Source of the DNA: Schaalia odontolytica
GTDB taxonomy: Bacteria > Actinomycetota > Actinomycetes > Actinomycetales > Actinomycetaceae
Assembly: GCF_005696695.1 (NCBI RefSeq)
Contig: NZ_CP040006.1
Location: forward strand, 1,320,001 to 1,352,000
Direction: 5' to 3'
Length of the DNA: 32,000 nucleotides
Below, in pieces: positions 8,284-16,887 of this stretch. The notes beneath the pieces were generated by a model, which worked only from the letters and a program-made list of their open reading frames with translations, was not told the origin of the DNA and did not search any database. The position numbers and the translations under genes were made by a program. The number at the start of each line of letters is the position of its first letter. The stretch's first letter is position 1.

Positions 8284-9620
8284 CGGGGAACAACCTTCAG
8301 GAATTGCTCGAGCTCCTGGCGAGTAATCTGCTGGCGGTATTCCGTCCATTCCTTGCGCTTGTTTCGGATGACGTAGTCGAACACCTGCTCGCCGAGCGTG
8401 GAGGCCACCAGATCGGAACCCTTCATGGCACGCACGGCGTCCGCCAACGAGGCAGGCAGGGCGTGAATGCCCATAACCTGACGTTCGCGATCCGACAGGT
8501 CCCACACATTGTCCTCGGCCTCTGGCATCAGCTCCATCTTCTTCTCGATGCCCTCGAGCCCAGCCGCGATCAGGACGGCGAACGCCAGGTAGGGGTTCGC
8601 GCTCGGATCGGGGGCACGGTACTCGATACGCGCTGCCGCGGCCTTCTTCGGCTTGTAGAGCGGAACGCGCACGAGAGCCGAGCGATTCAAGTGGCCCCAG
8701 CACACGTAGGAGGGAGCCTCTCCCCCGCCCCACAGGCGCTTGTAGGAGTTGACATGCTGGTTGGTGATGGCCGCGATCTCCTCGGCGTGCGCGAGAAGGC
8801 CAGCGATGAACTGACGCCCCGTCGTGGACAGGCGATACTGGCCCGCAGGAGAGAAGAACGCATTTTCTTCGCCCTCGAACAGCGACAGGTGCGTGTGCAT
8901 ACCCGAGCCGGGGTGCTCAATGAAAGGCTTGGGCATGAACGTCGCAACAAGCTCCTCGCGTAGCGCGACCTCCTCAATGAGGGTGCGGGCAGTCATGATG
9001 TTATCCGCTGCGCGCACGGGATCAACGGCTCGCAGGTCAATCTCGTTTTGCCCCGGCCCACCCTCGTGGTGCGAGAACTCGACCGGAATCGCCATGTCCT
9101 CGAGCATGCGCACGGCGCGGCGGCGGAAGTCGTTCGAATCGCCGCGCGCCACGTGGTCGAAGTAGCCAGCCTGATCGACGGGGATCATGCGATCGGGCGT
9201 CACAGGCTGACGCAGGAGGTAAAACTCGATCTCCGGGTGAATCATGACCCGGAACCCGGCGTCGGCGGCGCGCTCCACGGCGCGCTCGAGAACCCCTCGA
9301 GGATCCGAGGGAGCCGGGCGGCCGTCAGGCATGAGGACGTCGCAGAACATGCGGGCAACCGGGTCCTCGTTAGAACGCCACGGAAGCAGCTGGAACGTCG
9401 ACGCATCCGGCTTGAGTAGCATGTCCGACTCGTAGACGCGCGTCAGGCCTTCGACGGCCGACCCGTCGAAGCCAATCCCCTCACTGAACGCCTCCTCGAG
9501 CTCACCGGGGTCGATCGAGATCGACTTCAAGACGCCCGCAACATCCGTGAACCACAAACGGATAAAGCGAATGTTCTTCTGCGCGACCTCGCGCAGCACG
9601 TATTCCTGATGCGAATCCAC
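8280..9620 (-). CDS. glnA2: type I glutamine synthetase, GlnA2-type
   Basis: VDSHQEYVLREVAQKNIRFIRLWFTDVAGVLKSISI..., KPFIEHPGSGMHTHLSLF and NSYKRL motifs. GTG 9620 is preceded by GGGAGGA at 5 nt and gives 446 aa, collinear with mycobacterial GlnA2 as I remember it. The upstream 20 codons of the ORF track are a hairpin, not coding sequence. Confidence 0.9.
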   Translation of the reverse strand: MDSHQEYVLREVAQKNIRFIRLWFTDVAGVLKSISIDPGELEEAFSEGIGFDGSAVEGLTRVYESDMLLKPDASTFQLLPWRSNEDPVARMFCDVLMPDGRPAPSDPRGVLERAVERAADAGFRVMIHPEIEFYLLRQPVTPDRMIPVDQAGYFDHVARGDSNDFRRRAVRMLEDMAIPVEFSHHEGGPGQNEIDLRAVDPVRAADNIMTARTLIEEVALREELVATFMPKPFIEHPGSGMHTHLSLFEGEENAFFSPAGQYRLSTTGRQFIAGLLAHAEEIAAITNQHVNSYKRLWGGGEAPSYVCWGHLNRSALVRVPLYKPKKAAAARIEYRAPDPSANPYLAFAVLIAAGLEGIEKKMELMPEAEDNVWDLSDRERQVMGIHALPASLADAVRAMKGSDLVASTLGEQVFDYVIRNKRKEWTEYRQQITRQELEQFLKVVPR

Positions 9621-9636
9621 CGGTATCCTCCCGTTG

Positions 9637-9676
9637 AGAAAAGAACGGGCCGACCGCAGGGACTGCGGTCGGCCCG
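9637..9676 (-). terminator. intrinsic terminator after the SPFH gene
   Basis: The minus strand reads CGGGCCGACCGCAG-TCC-CTGCGGTCGGCCCG, a perfect 14-bp stem with a 3-nt loop, followed by TTCTTTTCT. It begins about 13 nt after the SPFH stop codon. Confidence 0.75.
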
Positions 9677-9689
9677 GCATGGCTTCAGT

Positions 9690-10649
9690 CTACTTGCCCA
9701 GGTTGAAACCCTTCGAGATGGATTCCAGTGCGCCGGTGAGATCCGAGGGCAGCATCCACAGCTTGGACGCCTGGCCGTCTGCGATCTTCGGCAGCATTTC
9801 GAGGTACTTGTAGGACAGGAGCTCGGGCGTGGCCTTACCGGCGTTGATGGCCGCGAAGACCGTCTGAATGGCTTCAGACTCACCCTGTGCGCGCAGGATC
9901 TGTGCCTGGCGGGCACCCTCGGCCTGGAGAATCAGTGCTTCCTTCTGACCCTTGGCCTGAAGAACCTGAGCCTCCTGCTGGGCAGACGCGGCCAGAACGG
10001 CGGCCTGCTTGGCACCCTCAGCCTTCTTGATCTGGGCCTCACGCTCGGCCTCGGCCGTGAGGATCGTCGCACGCTTGGTACGCTCGGCGGTGATCTGCTG
10101 CTCCATGGCGGCCAGGACTCGCGGCGGCGGCTCGATGGACTTGAGCTCCACGCGGGTCACGCGAATGCCCCACGGGCCCGTGGCCTCGTCAAGAACGCCG
10201 CGCAGCTGCTTGTTGATCGACTCACGTGAGGTCTGCGTCTGCTCCAGATCCAGCGAACCGATCAGGTTACGCAGCGTCGTCGCGGTCAGCTGCTCGATCG
10301 CCTGCAGGAAGTTAGCGACCTCGTAGGTCGCGCTGCGCGGATCCGTGATCTGGAAATAGATGACGGAGTCGATCGAGACCATCGCCTGGTCGGCGGTGAT
10401 AACGGGCTGCGGCGGGAAGTTCGCGACCTGCTCACGCAGATCGATACGAGCGGCAACGCGGTCCACGAAGGGGACCAGCAGGTGGAAACCACCCTGCATG
10501 ACCGCCTGGAACCGACCAAGACGCTCCACAACGTACGCCTGCGACTGCGGAACGATCCGCACTGCGCGGGCGAGCGAAACCACGACGAAAACGACGAGAG
10601 CAAGCACCACGATGAACGCGATGTTGCCGATGATGTTTCCTGAATTCAC
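9690..10649 (-). CDS. SPFH/band-7 (stomatin/QmcA-like) membrane protein
   Basis: 319-aa ORF with an N-terminal TM helix and a band-7 core (VVERLGRF......GFHLLVPFVD......PPQPVITADQAMVSIDSVIYFQITDP). The C-terminus is an Ala/Gln/Glu-rich coiled coil. GTG start with AAGGA upstream. Confidence 0.9.
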   Translation of the reverse strand: MNSGNIIGNIAFIVVLALVVFVVVSLARAVRIVPQSQAYVVERLGRFQAVMQGGFHLLVPFVDRVAARIDLREQVANFPPQPVITADQAMVSIDSVIYFQITDPRSATYEVANFLQAIEQLTATTLRNLIGSLDLEQTQTSRESINKQLRGVLDEATGPWGIRVTRVELKSIEPPPRVLAAMEQQITAERTKRATILTAEAEREAQIKKAEGAKQAAVLAASAQQEAQVLQAKGQKEALILQAEGARQAQILRAQGESEAIQTVFAAINAGKATPELLSYKYLEMLPKIADGQASKLWMLPSDLTGALESISKGFNLGK

Positions 10650-10695
10650 GGCGTCTTTCCTTTCTTACGTCGATGAAAATACAAGATGTGCGGGA

Positions 10696-11172
10696 TCAGG
10701 AGATCGAGTCTCCGTACGGATGCGTCGGAGCCGCAGAGGCCGGGTTGAGGGCACTCACGACGGCGGTTGCACCGTCGATGCGGTCAACACGAACCTCGGC
10801 GCCAACGGGCAGCGTGGGCCCCTCAGTGCGCGCGCTCCACTCTCCACCCGAGAACTGGATACGCCCGTGGCGCTCTCCCACGGCCTCGGTCACGTATCCG
10901 GTCTTGCCAATCAGACCGTCAGTGTTGCTCGGAACGTAACCGCTGGACCGGTCGATACGCCCTTTCAGGAAGGGACGCAGGATGACCAGGAGAGCAATCG
11001 AGACGACAATGAAGACGATGACCTGAACCGTCAGGTTTGCGCCGAAAGCGCCCGCGATGCCCGCCGCCAACGCGCCGATCGCAAACATGAGGAAGACGAA
11101 GCTCACGCTCATGACCTCGACGATTCCGCAGACGAGGGCACCGAGAATCCACAGCCACCACATACCGCTCAC
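10696..11172 (-). CDS. NfeD family membrane protein (partner of the SPFH protein)
   Basis: 158-aa ORF with N-terminal TM helices and a C-terminal OB-fold-like region (GKTGYVTEAVGERHGRIQFSGGEWSARTEG...VRVDRIDGATAVV). It sits directly upstream of an SPFH gene, the classic pairing. The start is either GTG 11172 or ATG 11163 (AGGAG 10 nt upstream). Confidence 0.85.
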   Translation of the reverse strand: MSGMWWLWILGALVCGIVEVMSVSFVFLMFAIGALAAGIAGAFGANLTVQVIVFIVVSIALLVILRPFLKGRIDRSSGYVPSNTDGLIGKTGYVTEAVGERHGRIQFSGGEWSARTEGPTLPVGAEVRVDRIDGATAVVSALNPASAAPTHPYGDSIS

Positions 11173-11182
11173 GCTCCTATTC

Positions 11183-11971
11183 TCACGCGCTCACGCCGCG
11201 CGCCCACCAGCGCCCGTCGGTGTTGCCAGCGAGCAGCGGCATGCCGTACACCTCGGACAGGTTGACACCCGTCAGGACGTCTTCAATCGGCCCCTGGTGA
11301 GTGATCACGCCGTTGGACATGATCGCGCAGTGCGTGACGCCTGCGGGGATCTCTTCGATCTGATGCGTCACCAGGATGACCTGCGGGGACTTCGAACCCT
11401 GCATGATCTCCGACAGAGCGGCGATCAGCAGCTCGCGAGCACCCAGGTCGAGGCCCGAGGTCGGCTCGTCGAGGATGAGCACCTCAGGGTCGGTCATGAG
11501 GGCGCGCGCCAGCAGCACGCGCTGGGCCTCGCCCTCGGACAGCGTCGAAAACTCACGCTGGGCGAGGTGCGAGACACCGAAGATGTCCATGAGCGCGTGG
11601 GCACGCTCGTCGTCGACCTGCTCGTATTCCTCGTCGTGGGCGACGGCAAGGCCCCAGGCAGCGCTGCGCACCGTGTCGAGGACCGACTGAGTCGGCACGA
11701 TCTTGGCCCCCACCGCGGCCGAGGAGAGCCCCACGCGCGTGGCGATCTCTGAGGGGTCGGCGTGCGACAAATCGGTCTCCGAGACCGTCACCTCTCCGCT
11801 ATCGGGAGCGATACGGCCCGAGGCCACGCGCGCCAACGTGGTCTTGCCGGCGCCATTCGGGCCGACGATGACCCAGTGCTGGCGCGGGCGCGTCGACCAC
11901 GAGACGTCGGACAGGACCTGCGTGTCCCCGCGTTGGAGGGACACGTGAGAAAGATTCAGGACGTAAGTCAT
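11183..11971 (-). CDS. ABC transporter ATP-binding protein (stand-alone ATPase; no permease in the window)
   Basis: Walker A GPNGAGKTTL, signature LSEGEAQR, Walker B LILDEPTSGLD and H-loop LVTHQ. Confidence 0.9.
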   Translation of the reverse strand: MTYVLNLSHVSLQRGDTQVLSDVSWSTRPRQHWVIVGPNGAGKTTLARVASGRIAPDSGEVTVSETDLSHADPSEIATRVGLSSAAVGAKIVPTQSVLDTVRSAAWGLAVAHDEEYEQVDDERAHALMDIFGVSHLAQREFSTLSEGEAQRVLLARALMTDPEVLILDEPTSGLDLGARELLIAALSEIMQGSKSPQVILVTHQIEEIPAGVTHCAIMSNGVITHQGPIEDVLTGVNLSEVYGMPLLAGNTDGRWWARGVSA

Positions 11972-12007
11972 GTATCCAGCCTAGTCGTCTGTCGGGTGAC
12001 GTGCGCC

Positions 12008-13231
12008 CTAAACGAGCGAACGGTACAGCTCGGCGGTCTTCACGCCGATCGCTTCCCAGGAGAAGTGATCGCGGGCGCGAACGAGGCCGGCCTCGCCCAT
12101 ACGACGGCCCAGCTCAGGATCGTCGAGGACACGCACCAGGCGATCAGCCATCGCTTCCTCAAAGGCGCGAGGATCGAGCGGGGTTCCCGTGCCGTCCTGC
12201 ATCTGTTCGATCGGCACGAGGTAGCCGGTCTCTCCATCGACGATGACGTCGGGAATGCCGCCGGTCGCGGTGCCGACGACGGGCAGGCCGAGGGCCATCG
12301 CCTCGAGATTGACGATGCCGAGGGGCTCGTACACCGACGGCGTGATGAAGACCTGCGCCGAGGACAGGATCGCCGCCACCTCGGGTTGGGGGAGCATCTC
12401 GGAGATAAGAACGACGCCGGAGCGGCGAGCGCGGAGCTCGGCGACGAGGCCCTCAACCTCGGCCGCGATCTCAGGGGTGTCGGGAGCGCCGGCGCACAGC
12501 ACAAGCTGAACGTCATCGGGCAGGAGCTGGGCGGCGCGCAGGAAGTACGGGAGGCCCTTCTGGCGGGTGATGCGGCCGACGAACACGACCGTGCGACGAG
12601 ACGGGTCAATACCGTGCTCGGCGAGAACGCGGGCGCGCAGTTCCTCGCCCGCCTCACCCTCGGGGGCGTGCCACTTGTTCAGGTCGATGCCGTTGTGGAT
12701 GACGTGCACGCGCTCGGGATCAACGCCGGGGTAGCAGCGCAGAATGTCGTCACGCATGCCATTCGAGACGGCGACGATCGCGCTCGCAGCCTCGTAGGCC
12801 GTCTTCTCCACGTAGGAGGACAGGCGGTAGCCGCCGCCGAGCTGCTCAGCCTTCCACGGGCGCAGCGGCTCAAGCGAGTGCGCTGAGATCACGTGCGGGA
12901 TGTCGCCGAGAAGCGACGCAACGTGTCCGGCAAAATTCGCGTACCAGGTGTGGGAGTGAACCAGGTCAGAACCCTCGCACGCAGCAGCGATCTCGAGGTC
13001 GACACCAAGCGTGCGCAGCGCGGCGTTCGCTCCGGCCAGCTGAGGCAAATCCGCATGTCCGGTCACGCCCGGGTCGGCTCCATCGGTACCCGGTTCGCGC
13101 GGACCGTCAAACGCCTGGACACGCAGGTCATCGACGAGGCCGCGCAGGACCTTGGCCAGTTCGAGCACGTGGACACCGGCTCCTCCGTAGACGTGAGGCG
13201 GGTATTCACGGGTAAGGAGATCAACGCGCAT
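12008..13231 (-). CDS. glgA: GT4 glycogen synthase / alpha-maltose-1-phosphate synthase (actinobacterial GlgA/GlgM type)
   Basis: MRVDLLTREYPPHVYGGAGVHV..., HSHTWYANFAGH and AHSLEPLRPWKAEQLGGGY closely match the mycobacterial Rv1212c-type enzyme as I remember it. ATG 13231 is preceded by GGAAGGA at 7 nt and gives 407 aa. The ORF-track extension to 13609 is rejected. Confidence 0.9.
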   Translation of the reverse strand: MRVDLLTREYPPHVYGGAGVHVLELAKVLRGLVDDLRVQAFDGPREPGTDGADPGVTGHADLPQLAGANAALRTLGVDLEIAAACEGSDLVHSHTWYANFAGHVASLLGDIPHVISAHSLEPLRPWKAEQLGGGYRLSSYVEKTAYEAASAIVAVSNGMRDDILRCYPGVDPERVHVIHNGIDLNKWHAPEGEAGEELRARVLAEHGIDPSRRTVVFVGRITRQKGLPYFLRAAQLLPDDVQLVLCAGAPDTPEIAAEVEGLVAELRARRSGVVLISEMLPQPEVAAILSSAQVFITPSVYEPLGIVNLEAMALGLPVVGTATGGIPDVIVDGETGYLVPIEQMQDGTGTPLDPRAFEEAMADRLVRVLDDPELGRRMGEAGLVRARDHFSWEAIGVKTAELYRSLV

Positions 13232-13402
13232 GGTGGGGTCCTTCCGACGGGAGCGGCGTGTGAGACACATCGTATCCGATCTCACGTCACCGCTGGTCGA
13301 AAACGAGACAGTGTAGCAATCGATAGACATTTGTAATACAGTGTGACCACTCCCACGGATCCGCGCCGATGCGGGTCCACTCGACCAACGAAGAGGTGCC
13401 AC

Positions 13403-14638
13403 ATGGCAAAGAACCACGTTCTGGCAATCGTTCTCGCGGGCGGTGAGGGTAAGCGACTGATGCCCCTGACGGATGACCGTGCAAAGCCGGCAGTTCCGTT
13501 CGGTGGTCACTTCCGTCTGATCGATTTCGCGCTGTCGAACATCGTGAATTCCGGATACCTCAAGATTGTTGTCTTGACGCAGTACAAGTCCCATTCGCTC
13601 GACCGCCACGTCACAAAGACCTGGTACACGTCTCCCCTACTCGGCAACTTCATTGCTCCTGTGCCGGCTCAGCAGCGTCGCGGCCCGCACTGGTACCTGG
13701 GTAGCGCGGATGCCATCTACCAGTCGCTGAACATCGTCGACGACGAGCAGCCGGAGTACATCGTCATCATCGGTGCGGACAACATCTACCGTATGGACTT
13801 CTCGCAGATGGTCCAGCACCACATCGATTCGGGCCTGCCCGCCACGGTCGCCGGCATCCGTCAGCCGATCGAGCTGGCTTCGGCGCTCGGCGTCATCGAC
13901 GGCGAGAACGGGGTCGTCAAGAACTTCCTCGAGAAGCCGAAGAACGCCGTGGGCCTGCCCGACGATCCCACCAAGGTCCTCGCCTCCATGGGCAACTACG
14001 TGTTCACCACGAAGGATCTGGTCAACGCTCTGCGGGAGGATGCGGCCGACCCCGATTCGAAGCACGACATGGGTGGCAACATTATTCCGTGGTTCGTCGA
14101 GCGCGGCGAGTGCGGCGTCTACGACTTCCAGGACAACGACGTGCCGGGATCGACCGACCGCGACCGCGACTACTGGCGTGACGTCGGTACGCTGGACGCC
14201 TACTACGAGGCGAACATGGACCTGATCTCGGTGCACCCGGTGTTCAACCTGTACAACCGCGATTGGCCGACCATGACGATGATCGACGGCTCACTGCCGC
14301 CGGCCAAGTTCGTGTACGGCGATGCGGATCGTCTGGGTCACGCGATCGACTCGTTCGTCTCCCCCGGCGTCATCGTCTCCGGCGGCGAGATCGTGCGCTC
14401 GGTCATTTCCCCGAACACCTACGTCCACTCGTGGGCGAAGATCGAGGATTCCGTTGTTATGCACGGCTGTCGCATCGGTCGCTCGGCCCGAGTCGTGAAG
14501 ACGATTCTGGATAAGAACGTCGTCGTTGAGGAAGGTGCCGTCGTCGGCGTCGATCTTGACCACGATCGCGAGCGTGGCTTCACCGTCACAGAGTCCGGCA
14601 TTACGGTCGTTCCCAAGGGCGCGGTCGTCCGCAAGTGA
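13403..14638 (+). CDS. glgC: glucose-1-phosphate adenylyltransferase (ADP-glucose pyrophosphorylase)
   Basis: [35 protein letters not shown] is the GlgC signature, followed by a C-terminal left-handed beta-helix region. ATG 13403 gives 411 aa. Confidence 0.95.
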   Translation: MAKNHVLAIVLAGGEGKRLMPLTDDRAKPAVPFGGHFRLIDFALSNIVNSGYLKIVVLTQYKSHSLDRHVTKTWYTSPLLGNFIAPVPAQQRRGPHWYLGSADAIYQSLNIVDDEQPEYIVIIGADNIYRMDFSQMVQHHIDSGLPATVAGIRQPIELASALGVIDGENGVVKNFLEKPKNAVGLPDDPTKVLASMGNYVFTTKDLVNALREDAADPDSKHDMGGNIIPWFVERGECGVYDFQDNDVPGSTDRDRDYWRDVGTLDAYYEANMDLISVHPVFNLYNRDWPTMTMIDGSLPPAKFVYGDADRLGHAIDSFVSPGVIVSGGEIVRSVISPNTYVHSWAKIEDSVVMHGCRIGRSARVVKTILDKNVVVEEGAVVGVDLDHDRERGFTVTESGITVVPKGAVVRK

Positions 14639-15324
14639 GCATGACTCACCGTCTCGACGAGCCGGGTGCTCCGCTGCTGTGTGCCAGCGGGGCACCCGGC
14701 CTCGTCGTCACCGACGTCGATTCGACGCTGATTCGCCAGGAAGTCATTGAGGAGCTCGCCGAAGCTGCGGGCACGCGGGCGCGCGTCGCCGAGATTACGT
14801 CTCGTGCGATGAATGGCGAGCTTGATTTCGCGGAGTCTTTGCGCGAGCGCGTTGCAACCCTCGCTGGGGTCCCCGAATCCGTCTTCGGTGATGTCCTGTC
14901 CGCCATCACCCCCACGAAGGGTGCTCGCGAGCTGATCGACGCAGTCCACCGGGCCGGCGGAAAGTTCGGCATCGTCTCGGGCGGATTCGAGGAAGTGGTC
15001 GCTCCCCTGGCGGCCTCCCTCGACATCGATTTCTACGCGGCGAACCGCCTCGAGGTCGCCGGCGGTATATTGACGGGCCGCGTGCTGGGCCGCATCGTGA
15101 CCTCCCAGGTGAAGGTCGAGTGCTTGCGTTCCTGGGCCTCGTCCCTCGGTGTCCCACTCGAGCGCACGGTTGCGATCGGCGACGGGGCAAACGATATCCC
15201 CATGATGCACGAGGCCGGGGTCGGTATCGCGTTCTGCGCGAAGCCCGCCGTGCGCGAGCAGGTGTCGGTCCAGCTGAACACGCCGGACCTGTCTCTGACG
15301 ATCGCTCCCCTCGGCCTCGCCTAG
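14635..15324 (+). CDS. serB: HAD-family phosphoserine phosphatase SerB (catalytic domain only)
   Basis: Motif [11 protein letters not shown], motif II SGG, motif III K....[13 protein letters not shown] 14635 overlaps the glgC TGA (GTGA); ATG 14641 is an alternative start. Confidence 0.85.
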   Translation: MSMTHRLDEPGAPLLCASGAPGLVVTDVDSTLIRQEVIEELAEAAGTRARVAEITSRAMNGELDFAESLRERVATLAGVPESVFGDVLSAITPTKGARELIDAVHRAGGKFGIVSGGFEEVVAPLAASLDIDFYAANRLEVAGGILTGRVLGRIVTSQVKVECLRSWASSLGVPLERTVAIGDGANDIPMMHEAGVGIAFCAKPAVREQVSVQLNTPDLSLTIAPLGLA

Positions 15325-15333
15325 CCGGACACG

Positions 15334-15861
15334 TCAGGGTTCGCGCGTGTCTGTCAGGCGGATCATACGCCCGTCCCACCCGTCGCGCCAGGCGCGCGCG
15401 TACTCGAGGATCTGCGCGGGGTAGATTTCTCCATCGATCTGGGCGGCGGCCTCGTCGATGTCCCACCAGGCCTGGGTGTCGATGACGGAACGTTCCAGGT
15501 CAGTCCATCCATCCCGGCTCAGGGCGGTCGAGGGCGCCTGCGCGACGAAAAACCACTCGTCCTGCCTGGCGGTGACCGCCAGGAAGTCGAACTCGGCGGT
15601 CCGGTAGAGGACGGGGCCCACCAGGTCGTCAGGGGCCAGCTCGATACCGGTTTCTTCGAAGACCTCACGCACGGCTGCGGCGCGCGGGTCCTCGCCCTCT
15701 TCGATGCCGCCACCGATCGTGAACCACCAGAACCGCTCCGGTTGGTCCTCGTCGTGGCCCTTGGCCAAGAGGACCCGTCCACTGTCGTCAAAGAGGAGGA
15801 CGCGGGCGGCCTCCCGATGGGGATAGCCGTCCGCGTCCACAGGCCAGTCGAGTGCGCTCAT
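15334..15861 (-). CDS. NUDIX hydrolase
   Basis: Nudix box GGGIEEGEDPRAAAVREVFEETGI. ATG 15861 overlaps the TGA of the upstream PrsW-like gene (ATGA). The ORF-track extension to 15960 is rejected. Confidence 0.85.
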   Translation of the reverse strand: MSALDWPVDADGYPHREAARVLLFDDSGRVLLAKGHDEDQPERFWWFTIGGGIEEGEDPRAAAVREVFEETGIELAPDDLVGPVLYRTAEFDFLAVTARQDEWFFVAQAPSTALSRDGWTDLERSVIDTQAWWDIDEAAAQIDGEIYPAQILEYARAWRDGWDGRMIRLTDTREP

Positions 15862-16706
15862 GCCTCCAGGGTAGCCCGCTGGCGGCGCAGACCCCACACG
15901 AGGAGAGCGACGCTCACGACGAAAACGGGGATCTCGATCGCGCCGTAGGTGAGGTTCCACGAGTCTTCGGGGGCCAGGAACCCAACGCCGTTAGCCTGGG
16001 CGTGCAGCGCGAGTGCTCCGCCGTATCCGCCGACCGCGACGAGAAGGCCCGTAAGCACATTCTGTGCTCGCAGCACCGCCCAGGCCAGCGCGTATCCGAA
16101 CACGCCGGTAAAGATGGCATGCGCGTATGCGCCAAGGATGGCACGCACGAGGAACGATTCCCACAGTCCGCTCATCCCGTTTTCAAGGGCGCTCACGTAG
16201 TAGCCCACGTCCTCACCCCAGGCGAACCCGAGACCAACGAGCGCTCCAAGAACGCCGCCCTGCGCAGGGCGATCGAGCACCTTACGCGCAGCGAGAATCA
16301 GCGCCAGAACACCAATTCCCTTACCCGTCTCTTCCACGATGGGACCCGTGAGCACGGACGTCACGAAATCAACCGCTTCATCGCTCAGGTTGCTCGCGGC
16401 TACGGCCGAGTCGATGACTGTGTTGCCGTATCCCGCAAAGATCAGCGCGCCACCGGTTCCCCAGCCGAATGCGGCCAACCAGGACAGCACTGTGGGCTTG
16501 AGGCGAGCGGCCCATGCGAGGAACGCCAGGCCAACAACTGCGCTCAGCGTCGAGGCACCAACCGCAAGCCAGGCATCAGATGACGAGACCCCCTCGAGAG
16601 CTTCCGTCAATTCATAGATAGCCGCCCGAACACTCACTGCAACGAGGATGAGCGAGCACACGACGAGCGCCCACGAACGAGGGCGCATAGACACAGCATG
16701 AGTCAC
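15858..16706 (-). CDS. PrsW-family intramembrane glutamic/metallo-protease-like protein (paralog 1)
   Basis: 282-aa polytopic membrane protein with the PrsW motifs EETGKGIGVL (EExxK), FAWGEDVGYY and HAIFTGVFGYAL. GTG start with AAAGGAAA upstream. Confidence 0.8.
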   Translation of the reverse strand: MTHAVSMRPRSWALVVCSLILVAVSVRAAIYELTEALEGVSSSDAWLAVGASTLSAVVGLAFLAWAARLKPTVLSWLAAFGWGTGGALIFAGYGNTVIDSAVAASNLSDEAVDFVTSVLTGPIVEETGKGIGVLALILAARKVLDRPAQGGVLGALVGLGFAWGEDVGYYVSALENGMSGLWESFLVRAILGAYAHAIFTGVFGYALAWAVLRAQNVLTGLLVAVGGYGGALALHAQANGVGFLAPEDSWNLTYGAIEIPVFVVSVALLVWGLRRQRATLEA

Positions 16707-16887
16707 GTTATTTCCTTTCTGTCGCCCCCCATCATGCCCGCTGTTCCTATGCGTCGCCTATGAGGGGGCGATGTAACGGCCGTGAGAACGCGCTCATGCA
16801 ACAGACCCCGTAGCGGGAGCCGCCGAGAAACCTGATCTCACCTCGTTGACTCGGTTCCGCCCCATTGCCCCTGTTCAATGCGACGTG

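Noticed and set aside
8284-8733. N-terminal extensions of ORF-track models: glnE to 8733, glnA2 to 9680, glgA to 13609, glgC from 13343, NUDIX to 15960, PrsW2 to 18255, patA to 21179, pgsA to 21886, paralog 3 from 28346.
   Set aside because: The extensions overlap the upstream gene or a hairpin, are Arg/Pro-rich junk, and lack an SD. The trimmed starts give family-typical lengths, have SD sequences or GTGA/ATGA coupling, and align with the conserved N-termini.
16715-16775. C-run sequences (gtcgcccccc / gagggggcg) reminiscent of actinobacterial 6C sRNA.
   Set aside because: In 6C RNA the C-runs sit in the loops of two hairpins. Here the C-run pairs with the G-run to form the stem, and there is no second C-loop hairpin.
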